Part shown: positions 8,974-17,892 of the stretch, in pieces
Layout of the letters: each line of letters begins with the position of its first letter
How positions within the stretch are numbered: position 1 is the stretch's first letter
Assembly: GCA_041495285.1 (NCBI GenBank)
Contig: JBGQCJ010000001.1
Location: 73,182-137,181, forward strand
Source of the DNA: Verrucomicrobiia bacterium
GTDB taxonomy: Bacteria > Verrucomicrobiota > Verrucomicrobiia > Palsa-1439
Direction of reading: 5' to 3'
DNA length: 64,000 nt
Position numbers and translations under genes: made by a program
The notes under the pieces: model-generated
The model's database searches: none
What the model was told of the DNA's origin: nothing
Seen by the model: the letters and a program-made list of their open reading frames with translations, nothing else

Positions 8974-11147
8974 ATCGCTTTCGCGCCGCGCGCCGCCAAC
9001 GTGTACAACAACACCCCGCGCCGGCCGCGACGCACCAAGTCCACCGCGACGGAAAAACCGAACGCTGAGGCCGCGTGAAATTCCCCGCACAGTTGCTTGT
9101 AGGTTTGATGTTCCAGCGTCCGACCGGCGCGAGCCGACAACGCGGCGGCGACTGACGCGTACATCAGATCCAGCGCCGGCCAACCTTTTGCACCACTCAG
9201 CACCACGTCAACCGTCGCCAGATCAACTGCTGCCGCGATCCAATCAGCTTCCTGCTCCGCATCAAACGGTCGGCGATACCGGCCAAGGCGCAGCGCCGTG
9301 ACGCGGGCCAACGGCGCCGCGACAGTTTCCGCACGCACGAGACTGGCCACAGTTGCTCCTTCGCCGGGGCGTGTCTGCTCCGTCCACAACCCCCATCGTT
9401 TGCCGATGCTTAACGGGTACTTGTTCAGCTCATCCACGGCGCCGACCAGCGCAACATCGGCTTCTCCAGTTGCCAGTTGACTCATTCCCTGCCACAGGGC
9501 GCTCTCGAAGGAAATCTCACCGGTCGTTGGCGCCGAGTTCATGCCCCGCGCTCCCAGGTCAATGGCGATCTGCGCGGCGGCGGCGTTGTGGACCGAGTTG
9601 GGAAAGCGTGCCGGCATTGGCTCGCGTTCGTCCTTGGAAATCAAATTCTCCAAGAACGCCGCGGCGTCCTCCAGGAAACCGAGGCCGGTGCCGACCGCCA
9701 CGGCCAGTCGCTGCGACGGGTCGGGCGTGTGGCTGCGCCGGGCGGCCACCAGCGCCATTTGCACGAGCCGGCTTAACCGGCGACGCTGGTTGGAAGTGAG
9801 CAGCGCGGCATCCGCCAGCGCGCCACAACTGTGAACCGTCACTGTTCCCGCGGGCAGAGGCGGCTCGATTTCCCGGACGCCAACCGAGCCGGGTCCGATC
9901 ACGCCCACGCCGGTGACAGCCGCCGGTCCCGGTCGCGGCGCGCGCGTGAATGCCGGTGTTTCAGGCCGGGAAAAAATCAGTACCGCGTTGTTGCCGCCAA
10001 ACCCAAATGAGTTGCTCATCACGTGCATCAACGACGCGCCCCGCAGCGCGGTGACCGGCTCCAGACCGATGGCAGGATCGAGCGTGGTGAAGCCGGGGTT
10101 GGGTGGAATTTCCTGACGCCGCAACGCTTCGACGCACACCACGGCTTCGATTGCGCCGCTTGCGGCCAGAGCATGCCCGAAAAATCCTTTTGTGCTGGAG
10201 ACCGCCGGCACGCGGTTGCCGAACACTGTTTTCAACGCTTTCGATTCCGCCAGGTCGTTGTCGCGCGTGCCCGTGCCGTGCGCGTTCACGTAATGGATGG
10301 CTGTCGGCTCCAACCCCGCGCGACGCAACGCGGCCTGCATCGCGGCCACGGCACCGGCGCCCTCGGGATGCGGCGCGGTTGAATGATATGCGTCGCAGCT
10401 TGCGCCCCAACCGCTCAAGCGCGCCAGAACTTTCGCCCCGCGTCGTTGCGCTGTCTCTTCGGCTTCGAGCACCAGCAGCGCCGCGCCCTCACCGAGGCTC
10501 ATCCCGGCGCGGTTCGCATCAAACGGCCGGCAACCCGCGTCGTCCACCAGCAGCAACGAGTGAAACCCACCCCAGGTCATGCGCGATAACGAATCAGCGC
10601 CGCCCGCCAACATCACGTCCGCTTCTCCAGACTGAATCAGTTCCGCCGCCGTCGCGATGGCCAGCGCGCTCGACGAGCACGCCGTCGCCACCGTCAGGCT
10701 CGGCCCCAACAACCCAAAATCGTCGGCGATCCAATCGACAGTGGAAGTGCATTCGTGGAACCGCGTTGGTCGCGCCAGCATCCGGCCGTGTTTGATCAGG
10801 TTCGTAAGAAATCGCTCACTGTCAAACGAGCCACCGACCGAACTGCCCAGCACGATGCCGGACCGCTCGGCGCAGCGTTGCGTATTGATGCCCGCAGAAA
10901 CGATGGCTTGACGGACGGCCAACCACCCGAGCCGATCACTGCGCGAGCCATGCGACGGCGCGCCCAGCGCGGTCAGGTTGCGTTGGACTTCGCCAGCGAG
11001 GACCTGGCCGTAACGCGGCGATTGAAACAGGCTCAACGGCTTTAGCCCGCTGGTACCGGCGGCGATGGCGTTCCAGACCTCGTCCACACCGCAGCCCGGC
11101 GCGGCCACGATGCCTAGACCGGTGATGACTGGGAAACGCGCCGCCAC
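8955..11147 (-). CDS. Beta-ketoacyl synthase fused to a chain-length-factor-like (Cys-less) KS domain
   Basis: 730 aa. The N-terminal half has the active-site 'ATACSSSALAI' and the His-His region ('VNAHGTGT'). The C-terminal half is KS-fold but has 'NSAPTTGEIS' in place of the active Cys. Its start overlaps the ACP stop. Confidence 0.8.
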   Translation of the reverse strand: MAARFPVITGLGIVAAPGCGVDEVWNAIAAGTSGLKPLSLFQSPRYGQVLAGEVQRNLTALGAPSHGSRSDRLGWLAVRQAIVSAGINTQRCAERSGIVLGSSVGGSFDSERFLTNLIKHGRMLARPTRFHECTSTVDWIADDFGLLGPSLTVATACSSSALAIATAAELIQSGEADVMLAGGADSLSRMTWGGFHSLLLVDDAGCRPFDANRAGMSLGEGAALLVLEAEETAQRRGAKVLARLSGWGASCDAYHSTAPHPEGAGAVAAMQAALRRAGLEPTAIHYVNAHGTGTRDNDLAESKALKTVFGNRVPAVSSTKGFFGHALAASGAIEAVVCVEALRRQEIPPNPGFTTLDPAIGLEPVTALRGASLMHVMSNSFGFGGNNAVLIFSRPETPAFTRAPRPGPAAVTGVGVIGPGSVGVREIEPPLPAGTVTVHSCGALADAALLTSNQRRRLSRLVQMALVAARRSHTPDPSQRLAVAVGTGLGFLEDAAAFLENLISKDEREPMPARFPNSVHNAAAAQIAIDLGARGMNSAPTTGEISFESALWQGMSQLATGEADVALVGAVDELNKYPLSIGKRWGLWTEQTRPGEGATVASLVRAETVAAPLARVTALRLGRYRRPFDAEQEADWIAAAVDLATVDVVLSGAKGWPALDLMYASVAAALSARAGRTLEHQTYKQLCGEFHAASAFGFSVAVDLVRRGRRGVLLYTLAARGAKAICCVQP

Positions 11148-11404
11148 TAGGAAGATCGCTTGGCTTGAATGAAGGCCGCCAGCGCGCGCACCGAGCTGAA
11201 CGCGGGACGCCCCTCTTCGATGTCTTTGATCACGATGCCGTAATGTTTCTCCAGCATCACGACCAACTCCAGCGCATCGATCGAATCCAAACCCAGTCCC
11301 GCGCCGAACAACGGCGCATCGTCGTCAATCTGACCCGGGGTGATGTCCTGCAGTTTCAATGACTCAATGATTCTCGTCTTCAATTCGTTGGCTAACACGT
11401 CCAT
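11147..11404 (-). CDS. Acyl carrier protein
   Basis: 85 aa with 'GLGLDSIDALELV', a phosphopantetheine attachment Ser in a DSL-like motif. Confidence 0.8.
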   Translation of the reverse strand: MDVLANELKTRIIESLKLQDITPGQIDDDAPLFGAGLGLDSIDALELVVMLEKHYGIVIKDIEEGRPAFSSVRALAAFIQAKRSS

Positions 11405-11410
11405 GGCTAT

Positions 11411-11998
11411 TCAACTCGCAGATTTTCGGGCGCAGATTACCGCACACAGCGACTCCATGTCACGGTCATTTTCCCGCAACACATGCCGCCCGTCGCTGCC
11501 GCGCTTGAGCAATAACGCGCAGGCCCGTGCGGCGGCCGGTGTCTGGATTATCTCCGCGGCTGCGGCGCTAACAACGTCGCAGGAAACGCACAAGCACGCC
11601 TCCGCTTCGCCCCGGCGAATCCAATCGCCGGCTTCGGCCAGCACGGCGTCGCCCCTGCCCACGAAACATAGGTTCGGTCCGGTCAGCTGGTAGCGGATCG
11701 CGATCTCGCCGATGGCCGCGCTGGGCAACGTGTAAGCAAACAACGTCGGACTCGGCCCGCCGACAGCGTCCCGTCCGTTCCAATACTCGACATCTGTGGA
11801 CAGCGATCCCACGCGCGCCGCGAGGCAGATACCGATGCGCTCGCGTGGCAGCGTGTCGAAGTCGAGGCCCAGAGATTCGACGGCCAGCAGCGCCAACTGA
11901 CTCGCCAAATCGAGTCGCCCAAAGCGCTGCCCCAACCGCGCCGCGCTCACGTCGGCATCGGTGACCATGCTGGCGGCTGTGACAAAAATATTATCCAT
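11411..11998 (-). CDS. Small KS N-terminal-like protein (stand-alone chain-length-factor/ApeC-like)
   Basis: 195 aa. 'LFAYTLPSAAIGEIAIRYQLTGPN' resembles the KS N-terminal region ('AAGHVSI..GL.GPN'). There is no catalytic Cys. The size is similar to APE CLF partners. Confidence 0.45.
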   Translation of the reverse strand: MDNIFVTAASMVTDADVSAARLGQRFGRLDLASQLALLAVESLGLDFDTLPRERIGICLAARVGSLSTDVEYWNGRDAVGGPSPTLFAYTLPSAAIGEIAIRYQLTGPNLCFVGRGDAVLAEAGDWIRRGEAEACLCVSCDVVSAAAAEIIQTPAAARACALLLKRGSDGRHVLRENDRDMESLCAVICARKSAS

Positions 11999-13127
11999 GA
12001 CCGAGAATGAGTGCGCCGTTGATGCCGCCGAATCCGGTATTGAGTTTCAAAATGTGATCGAGCCGGGCGACGGGACGTGGTTCATGCACGAGGCTGGCCG
12101 GTGCGCCATCCGCTGCCACGCTCAGTCGCGGCGTGCCGGGCAACAACCGGTCTTGCATCGCCAACACGCACAAGATCGTTTCGATGACGCCGGCTGCGCC
12201 GAGCGTGTGGCCGAGCATCCCTTTTGAAGCGCTGACAGGCGGACCGGCGTCGCCGAAAACCGTGTGCAGCGCGAGCGATTCCATCGCGTCGTTGTACGGT
12301 GTGCCGGTGCCGTGGGCGTTGACGTAGTCAATGTCCTGCGGCTCCAGTTGCGCAGCGGCAAGCGCGCGCTGAATCGCCAACGCCAGACCAGAACCATCGC
12401 GCGACGGGCCGGTAGGATGGTTGGCGTCGTTGCTGCCGCCCCAGCCTCGAATAATCGTTGCTCCTACGCCGCGCGCCAACACCAGCGCCGCGCCGGCTTC
12501 GCCGGGACTCAATCCGCAGCGGTCGCGGTCGAAGGGACGACAGCCGGTCGGATCGAGCGCCTTCAACGCGCTAAAACCGGCTACGACAAACGCGGATAGA
12601 TGATCCACCCCAACCACGAGCACGGCGTCCGCCGCGCCGCGCTGGATCAATTTTGCTCCCTGCTGGATCGCGATCAGCCCGGACACGCAGGCGACGGAAA
12701 CGCATTGGACCGGGCCAGCCGCGCCGTGCGCCGCCGCCAAATCCACGGCGAGTAGATCCGCCTGCAAATGCCGGCGGGCCGCGTCAGAACACGGGCGATG
12801 TTCGGTCAGACGTTCCAGCGCTTCGATGTTAGCCTTGGTGGTCGAGAGCACCAACCCAATCCGCGCCGCCGGTATCGCGGGAAGAGCTTTGCCGGCTTGG
12901 CGGCGCGCTTCCTGTAACGCTTCCGCCGCGAGCCGGTAGGCGGGATCGTCGTGGTCGCCGTTCAACGGCGCGACGCCGAAGAGGCTGGGCTGGTAATGCG
13001 GACGATCAAACCGGGCACAGGGACGCAAGCCGCTGGAGTTTTCACGCAACGCCGTCCGCAACGCGACCACGCCCTGCCCCACGGCGGTGATCGCGCCGCA
13101 ACCAGCAATCGAAACCACATCACGCAT
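11991..13127 (-). CDS. Beta-ketoacyl-ACP synthase (FabF/FabB-like KS)
   Basis: 378 aa with active Cys 'SVACVSGLIAI', 'VNAHGTGTPYND' and 'KGMLGHTLGAAG' (Cys-His-His triad regions). Confidence 0.85.
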   Translation of the reverse strand: MRDVVSIAGCGAITAVGQGVVALRTALRENSSGLRPCARFDRPHYQPSLFGVAPLNGDHDDPAYRLAAEALQEARRQAGKALPAIPAARIGLVLSTTKANIEALERLTEHRPCSDAARRHLQADLLAVDLAAAHGAAGPVQCVSVACVSGLIAIQQGAKLIQRGAADAVLVVGVDHLSAFVVAGFSALKALDPTGCRPFDRDRCGLSPGEAGAALVLARGVGATIIRGWGGSNDANHPTGPSRDGSGLALAIQRALAAAQLEPQDIDYVNAHGTGTPYNDAMESLALHTVFGDAGPPVSASKGMLGHTLGAAGVIETILCVLAMQDRLLPGTPRLSVAADGAPASLVHEPRPVARLDHILKLNTGFGGINGALILGHG

Positions 13128-13530
13128 ACAACGTCAACTCCCCGGTCGCAATCACTTGGCCGTCGCACGCGACGCTGCCGGTCACCAACAGCATCGGGCC
13201 GAGCCGGCGGAGTTCGCGAACTTCGATCGTCAATTGTTTCCCGGCCGGCGGGCGTGACCGGATTTGAAAATCGGAGACCACGGTGAGCATGCCGAGTCCG
13301 GGTTTGCTGGACTCGCCCCGCGTTCGCGCCCGGTATCCCATGGCAGCGGCCACGGTCTGCGCCACGCATTCGACGAGTGCCGGCTCGAGCACCATGCCGT
13401 CGACCACGGCAAAATGGTCGGCGTTGAAACAGACGGTCGCTGTGGCGGTCGTATCGGTGCAATCGGTCAGCGCGTCGATCCAGCGCATCGGGTCGCGATG
13501 AGGGATGAGGTTTTCTATGGCGAGGGACAT
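13120..13530 (-). CDS. Hotdog-fold 3-hydroxyacyl-ACP dehydratase (ApeI-like)
   Basis: 'IPHRDPMRWID...NADHFAVVDG' resembles the FabZ-like N-terminal motif. The internal Met at 13530 is preferred; the ORF is open to 13599. Confidence 0.55.
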   Translation of the reverse strand: MSLAIENLIPHRDPMRWIDALTDCTDTTATATVCFNADHFAVVDGMVLEPALVECVAQTVAAAMGYRARTRGESSKPGLGMLTVVSDFQIRSRPPAGKQLTIEVRELRRLGPMLLVTGSVACDGQVIATGELTLYA

Positions 13531-14477
13531 AACGCAGGGGTTGGTTGTGCCGGCTCGCGCGAGGCGGGCTGATCCCAGAACGGATAGAAATTGTACCACT
13601 GCAACGGATCGCGTTTGAGAATTGTTTCGAGGTCACGGGCGAAACGTGCGGCACATTCCCGCAGGAAGGCGTCGCGCTGGTTGTGGGGCGGCATCTCGGG
13701 GTGCTGGGGCGGCGATCCAAAGTAGCGATAATGGCCGCCCGGCTCGCGTAGGTTGAAGACGTGCACGACCGGCGCACCGGCAATCGCGGCCACCACGTAC
13801 GGCCCGACGGGAAACGACGCCGTGCTGCCCAGAAACGGGACGCGCGCCGACGGGCCGCCGTACAAGCGGTCGCCGAGAATGGCCACCACTTCGCCACGAC
13901 GCAGTGCGGCCACCAGCGGAATCACATCGGTCGGCGAGCCGGTCAGCGGGATGAGGCGGAACTTCGCTCGGGAGGCCTGATTGAGCAGGAAACGAATTTC
14001 GACGGATTCGTTGTCGAGACCGGTGACGTTGATTGGCACGTCCAAGCGCGCCAGCAATTGGCCGGCGGCTTCCCAGTTGCCGAGGTGCGCGGTCAGCAAC
14101 AGCACGCCGTGCCCTTCGGCCAGTGCGCGGTGCACGTGGTGTTCGCCATCGAAGGAGAACGAGAACTGCCGGGTTTGCCCCGCGAGGATGGCCGTGCGGT
14201 CAATGATTGCCTTGCCAAACGACAGGAAATGCCGGAACACCAACCAGCGCCGTTTCCACCACGGCACGTTGCCGAAGACGCGGCGGTGGTAATCCATCGT
14301 GGCTGGCACGTCGGGCGACGCGAAGGCAAAGTACGCCGCCGGCGGCGGGAGCAGAGCGTAGGTGATCCGTAATCCCAACACGCGCAGCGCCGTGATGAAG
14401 AACCAGATACCCCAGCGCCCGCCGCGCAGTTGACCGGTGCCGGACCAATGAACGGATTGGGAATTGTGAGCTGCCAT
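13515..14477 (-). CDS. LpxL/HtrB-family lipid A-type (lysophospholipid) acyltransferase
   Basis: 320 aa with an N-terminal TM and 'LTAHLGNWE', the H(X)4(D/E)-type motif of the LpxL family. 'ILGDRLYGG...FLG' is characteristic. Confidence 0.65.
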   Translation of the reverse strand: MAAHNSQSVHWSGTGQLRGGRWGIWFFITALRVLGLRITYALLPPPAAYFAFASPDVPATMDYHRRVFGNVPWWKRRWLVFRHFLSFGKAIIDRTAILAGQTRQFSFSFDGEHHVHRALAEGHGVLLLTAHLGNWEAAGQLLARLDVPINVTGLDNESVEIRFLLNQASRAKFRLIPLTGSPTDVIPLVAALRRGEVVAILGDRLYGGPSARVPFLGSTASFPVGPYVVAAIAGAPVVHVFNLREPGGHYRYFGSPPQHPEMPPHNQRDAFLRECAARFARDLETILKRDPLQWYNFYPFWDQPASREPAQPTPALCPSP

Positions 14478-14478
14478 A

Positions 14479-15204
14479 TCAGGTGTAGACGCCGCCGTTG
14501 ATGTTGAGCACGGCGCCGGTAATGTACGCGGCAGACTCGGAACACAGGAAGACCGCGGCCGCCGCCACCTCTTCGGGTTTACCGAAACGGCCGGCAGGGA
14601 TGATGGAGAGGATTTGTTCGCGCGGAAGATCGCCGGTCATGTCGGTCTCGATGAAGCCGGGAGCGAGCACGTTGACGGTGACGCCGCGTTTGGCCACTTC
14701 GTGAGCGAGCGACTTCGACGCGCCGATGAGGCCGGCTTTGGCGGCGGAGTAATTGACCTGACCGGCCACACCGGTCTGACCGGCGGTGGAGGCGATGGTC
14801 ACGATGCGCCCCCAACGATTCATGACCATCTGCTTCACGACGGGCCGGGTCAGGTTGTAGAAGCTGGTCAGATTTGTGGCGATGACGTCCGCCCATTGTT
14901 CAGGACTCATGAATACCAACAACGCGTCGTGACGGATGCCGGCGTTGTTGACCAACACGTCGATGCGTTCGTGCGCTTCAATGGCCCGCTCGCAGGCGAC
15001 CGGGTCGGTCACGTCGAACGGGCACAACTCGCCGGTGCCGCCGTCGCGTTCGATCTGCGCAAGCGTTTGCTGCGCCTCGTCTTGACGGTTGCGGTAGTTC
15101 ACCAGTACATGATGGCCCGCGGCCGCGAGCGCCAGAGCGATAGCGCGCCCGATTCCGCGACTGGCTCCGGTAACCAATGCCACTTTTTGTGTGTTCGACT
15201 GCAT
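14479..15204 (-). CDS. fabG: 3-oxoacyl-ACP reductase (SDR, FabG)
   Basis: 'KVALVTGASRGIGRAIA' Rossmann motif, 'NNAG', and Tyr-x3-Lys ('YSAAKAG'). Confidence 0.85.
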   Translation of the reverse strand: MQSNTQKVALVTGASRGIGRAIALALAAAGHHVLVNYRNRQDEAQQTLAQIERDGGTGELCPFDVTDPVACERAIEAHERIDVLVNNAGIRHDALLVFMSPEQWADVIATNLTSFYNLTRPVVKQMVMNRWGRIVTIASTAGQTGVAGQVNYSAAKAGLIGASKSLAHEVAKRGVTVNVLAPGFIETDMTGDLPREQILSIIPAGRFGKPEEVAAAAVFLCSESAAYITGAVLNINGGVYT

Positions 15205-15277
15205 CCTTGACTGAAGTGCCGGCGATGTTAACCTTCGTGTCAAGGCAGGTCAATGCGCCTGTCACCCCGTTTGCGAG

Positions 15278-15889
15278 ATGAGGCGTCAGATGAAACGATT
15301 CATTCCTGTCGTACTGCTAATGGTGGTACTTTTCGGAACAGGTTGCGCGAGTAACTATACGATTGGGCGCCGGTCGGGCTTGGGCTTGGAGATGCCGGCC
15401 ACCGGGAAGTCGAAGGTTGTTTTCGTGCGGCCCAGCCAGTTCATGGGTGACGGCATGGACTTCGCTGTTCACGATGGCGACAAACTGATCGGCGTAGTAT
15501 CGGGGTCTTCGTATTTTGTTTACGACTGTGAACCCGGTCAGCATTTGTTCTCGTCAAGCATGGAAGACGTGGCGATGTTGGAAGCCAATCTGTTACCGGA
15601 GCGGATCTACTACGCCAAGGTCTCAAGCCAGTTGGGCGTCTGGATTTCACGGGTGAACATGTACTCCCTGCATCCCGGTTGCGCGGGCGATCTTTGGACG
15701 GAACTGCCGAAGATTCTCTCGAAGACTCGGGAAACGATCGTCAAGCAAGCCGCTGTCACCGACGATCAACGCGGAGCGGCCCGGTACATGGAACGCGTGA
15801 ACCAGTACCTGGCCGAGTACCGGTCGAACCCAAATCGCGAGCAGATTCTACCGGAACACGGCCAGACTCAACCGATTGACGGACCTTAA
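15278..15889 (+). CDS. Hypothetical lipoprotein
   Basis: 203 aa with signal peptide and lipobox 'LFGTGCAS'. No recognisable catalytic motif. Confidence 0.4.
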   Translation: MRRQMKRFIPVVLLMVVLFGTGCASNYTIGRRSGLGLEMPATGKSKVVFVRPSQFMGDGMDFAVHDGDKLIGVVSGSSYFVYDCEPGQHLFSSSMEDVAMLEANLLPERIYYAKVSSQLGVWISRVNMYSLHPGCAGDLWTELPKILSKTRETIVKQAAVTDDQRGAARYMERVNQYLAEYRSNPNREQILPEHGQTQPIDGP

Positions 15890-16362
15890 CGACGATCCGC
15901 CCAGCGGATGGCCACGATCACGCCATCAAAGTTCGTTAGCAAGCGGCTCGACTTGACGCCGGGGCCTTCGTGTGCGCCTAGGGCACGGAGAATCGATGGA
16001 TCGTCGGTCACCAGAACGGCGTCAGCGCCATGCGCTTTGGCTTGATTGCAGGCATTAGCCAAGCGCGTTTCATCGGTCCACAACCACGACGGTAAACCCT
16101 TGCCGCTGATCTCCGGTTCGTCGTTCACGATCAGACCGATCACCCGATACGCCCTTGGTGGCAGCCCTAGATAGGCGGGCACGGCGAAGTCCGCTTCCGT
16201 CAGAGTACTGGCGGCCTGTGGCCAACTGGACTGTTTGCCCTCATACGCCAGAAACGCCGTGTAGCCGGTCGAAGTGGTGGTGTGCGGGGTGGCGCAGCCG
16301 AGCAAACCAACAGCCAACATGACCAACCCGCACGTGCGATACAGAGTTTTCATCTTGATCAT
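15886..16362 (-). CDS. Hypothetical lipoprotein
   Basis: Internal start 'MIKMKTLYRTCGLVMLAVGLLGCATP' (lipobox). The longer ORF to 16590 would overlap its neighbour. Confidence 0.35.
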   Translation of the reverse strand: MIKMKTLYRTCGLVMLAVGLLGCATPHTTTSTGYTAFLAYEGKQSSWPQAASTLTEADFAVPAYLGLPPRAYRVIGLIVNDEPEISGKGLPSWLWTDETRLANACNQAKAHGADAVLVTDDPSILRALGAHEGPGVKSSRLLTNFDGVIVAIRWADRR

Positions 16363-16378
16363 TCCTGATCCTTTCTGG

Positions 16379-17023
16379 TTAATTCTTGGACAACGATTTT
16401 GCTTTCGTGTAGATGGCGGGGAGTTTCTCGACCGTTTTCTTGATCGGCTTGAACCAATAGTTGCGGAAACCAGCGCCTCCTGCCTCCTCACACAGTCGCT
16501 CTGACAACAGCACCTTGCGCGAGGCGAGGTCAAAGAAGACCACGTACAGGCAGCCGGTCTCCTGACTCTTGACCAGCCGATCCATGACAAATACGAGTCC
16601 CATGCCGTGATTGTCCTTCAGATCGTAGGAACGCACCATTTGAGCGATGACCTTTTCGGTAATATCGCTGGGCGTGACCATTTCGGCGCGGGTGCCGTCC
16701 TCGCGAATGATCTGGCTGGCGCGGGCCTTCCCATTATGGGCCTGCACCGATTTGAGGTCGGTCTTGAGACCCGGGGCCATCTTCTCCAGCTTGGGCAACA
16801 ACTCTTTCATGAACAGACTGTTCCACTCGATCAAGTAGCCCGGAAAGATTTTTTCGGGCTGGCGGAAATCGGCGGTACCGATCATCTTGACCTTGGAGTA
16901 ATCCAATCCAACCCAGAGCAGGGTGTCGGACGAGGTTTCTGCCGCGCGGATTTGCCACGCGCTGGCGACGCTCAACAAACAAACCACGATCGGAATTCGT
17001 TGCATCAACCTGCTCTCCTTCAT
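16379..17023 (-). CDS. Hypothetical secreted protein
   Basis: 214 aa with N-terminal signal peptide 'IPIVVCLLSVASAWQIRA'. Confidence 0.4.
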   Translation of the reverse strand: MKESRLMQRIPIVVCLLSVASAWQIRAAETSSDTLLWVGLDYSKVKMIGTADFRQPEKIFPGYLIEWNSLFMKELLPKLEKMAPGLKTDLKSVQAHNGKARASQIIREDGTRAEMVTPSDITEKVIAQMVRSYDLKDNHGMGLVFVMDRLVKSQETGCLYVVFFDLASRKVLLSERLCEEAGGAGFRNYWFKPIKKTVEKLPAIYTKAKSLSKN

Positions 17024-17227
17024 TTCCGTTATCGAGAGCGATTTCTACTGCGCTGTGCCTGCTTGTTCAAGCAGTTTATTGGACGGAAACCACCGCCGAT
17101 CAAATCCTTTGCGGGCCGTGAAACTCATTTGACAAAACAACTGATTCTTCCTAGTTTTTTGCCAACGAAGCTGAGGCAGGCTCGATGGCACACGCCTGAC
17201 GATCCCGCCGGGACAGCTCGCACATTC

Positions 17228-17234
17228 AATAAGG
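17228..17234 (+). promoter_or_regulatory. Shine-Dalgarno 'AAGGAGG' 8 nt upstream of ATG 17243
   Basis: The sequence 'aataaggaggtagttATG' is seen directly. Confidence 0.6.
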
Positions 17235-17242
17235 AGGTAGTT

Positions 17243-17821
17243 ATGAGGATCAATCGGAATCGGAACGCGAGTCTCGCCGGGATGTTGCTACTGGCGTTCT
17301 TGGCCACAGCTTCGCCCCTGTTGGCGGCAAAAGCCAAGACGGAAGATGAACTCATCGCAGACTTGGGAGCTGCGAAGCCCAAGACTGTCACGGATGCGCT
17401 CCTGCACTTGGAGAAGGAGTATCCGACCAGCTCGAAGGCGTTGCCCATTATCAAGGGGCTTTTGAAGGATTCGCGCTCGGAAGTCCGCTGCAAAGCGGCG
17501 CGCGTACTCGGCGCCCTCCATACCGACGTAGATCAAGCCGACCTCAAGAACATCTACGCGCTTTTGAAGGCGTCCGACCCGAAGGAAGTCATGGAGGGTT
17601 TAAAGGCGCTTCGAGGACTGAGGGCGCCCGATGCTGTGCCGGAGATATTGCCTCTTCTGAAGCACTCCACCGCGAATGTCGTTCGTGACGCCTGTCGAAC
17701 CTTGGCGGTTCTCGGCAACAAAGACACGATTCCGGCCATTGAACCCCTGTTGAAGGACTCGGACGCGAAGATACAGAAGGACGCTCAGGACGCGATCTTT
17801 GCCTTGCGCTCAAAATCCTGA
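17243..17821 (+). CDS. Secreted HEAT-repeat (PBS-lyase-type) protein
   Basis: Signal peptide followed by repeated 'D/S..VR..A..AL..LG....AIP.L..LLKD' units. The strong RBS supports this start over the longer antisense-overlapping ORF starting at 16607. Confidence 0.55.
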   Translation: MRINRNRNASLAGMLLLAFLATASPLLAAKAKTEDELIADLGAAKPKTVTDALLHLEKEYPTSSKALPIIKGLLKDSRSEVRCKAARVLGALHTDVDQADLKNIYALLKASDPKEVMEGLKALRGLRAPDAVPEILPLLKHSTANVVRDACRTLAVLGNKDTIPAIEPLLKDSDAKIQKDAQDAIFALRSKS

Positions 17822-17892
17822 AGGTCGCGCCCCTGACAGAGGTTTGCTGCAGACCTTCGTGAACGCTCACTGCTCACAATGGTCGTGAGGCG

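Noticed and set aside
16607-17821. 404-aa ORF upstream of the HEAT-repeat gene
   Set aside because: The first ~210 codons are antisense to the secreted protein at 16379..17023 and have no protein-like composition. The true start is 17243, preceded by a strong AAGGAGG.
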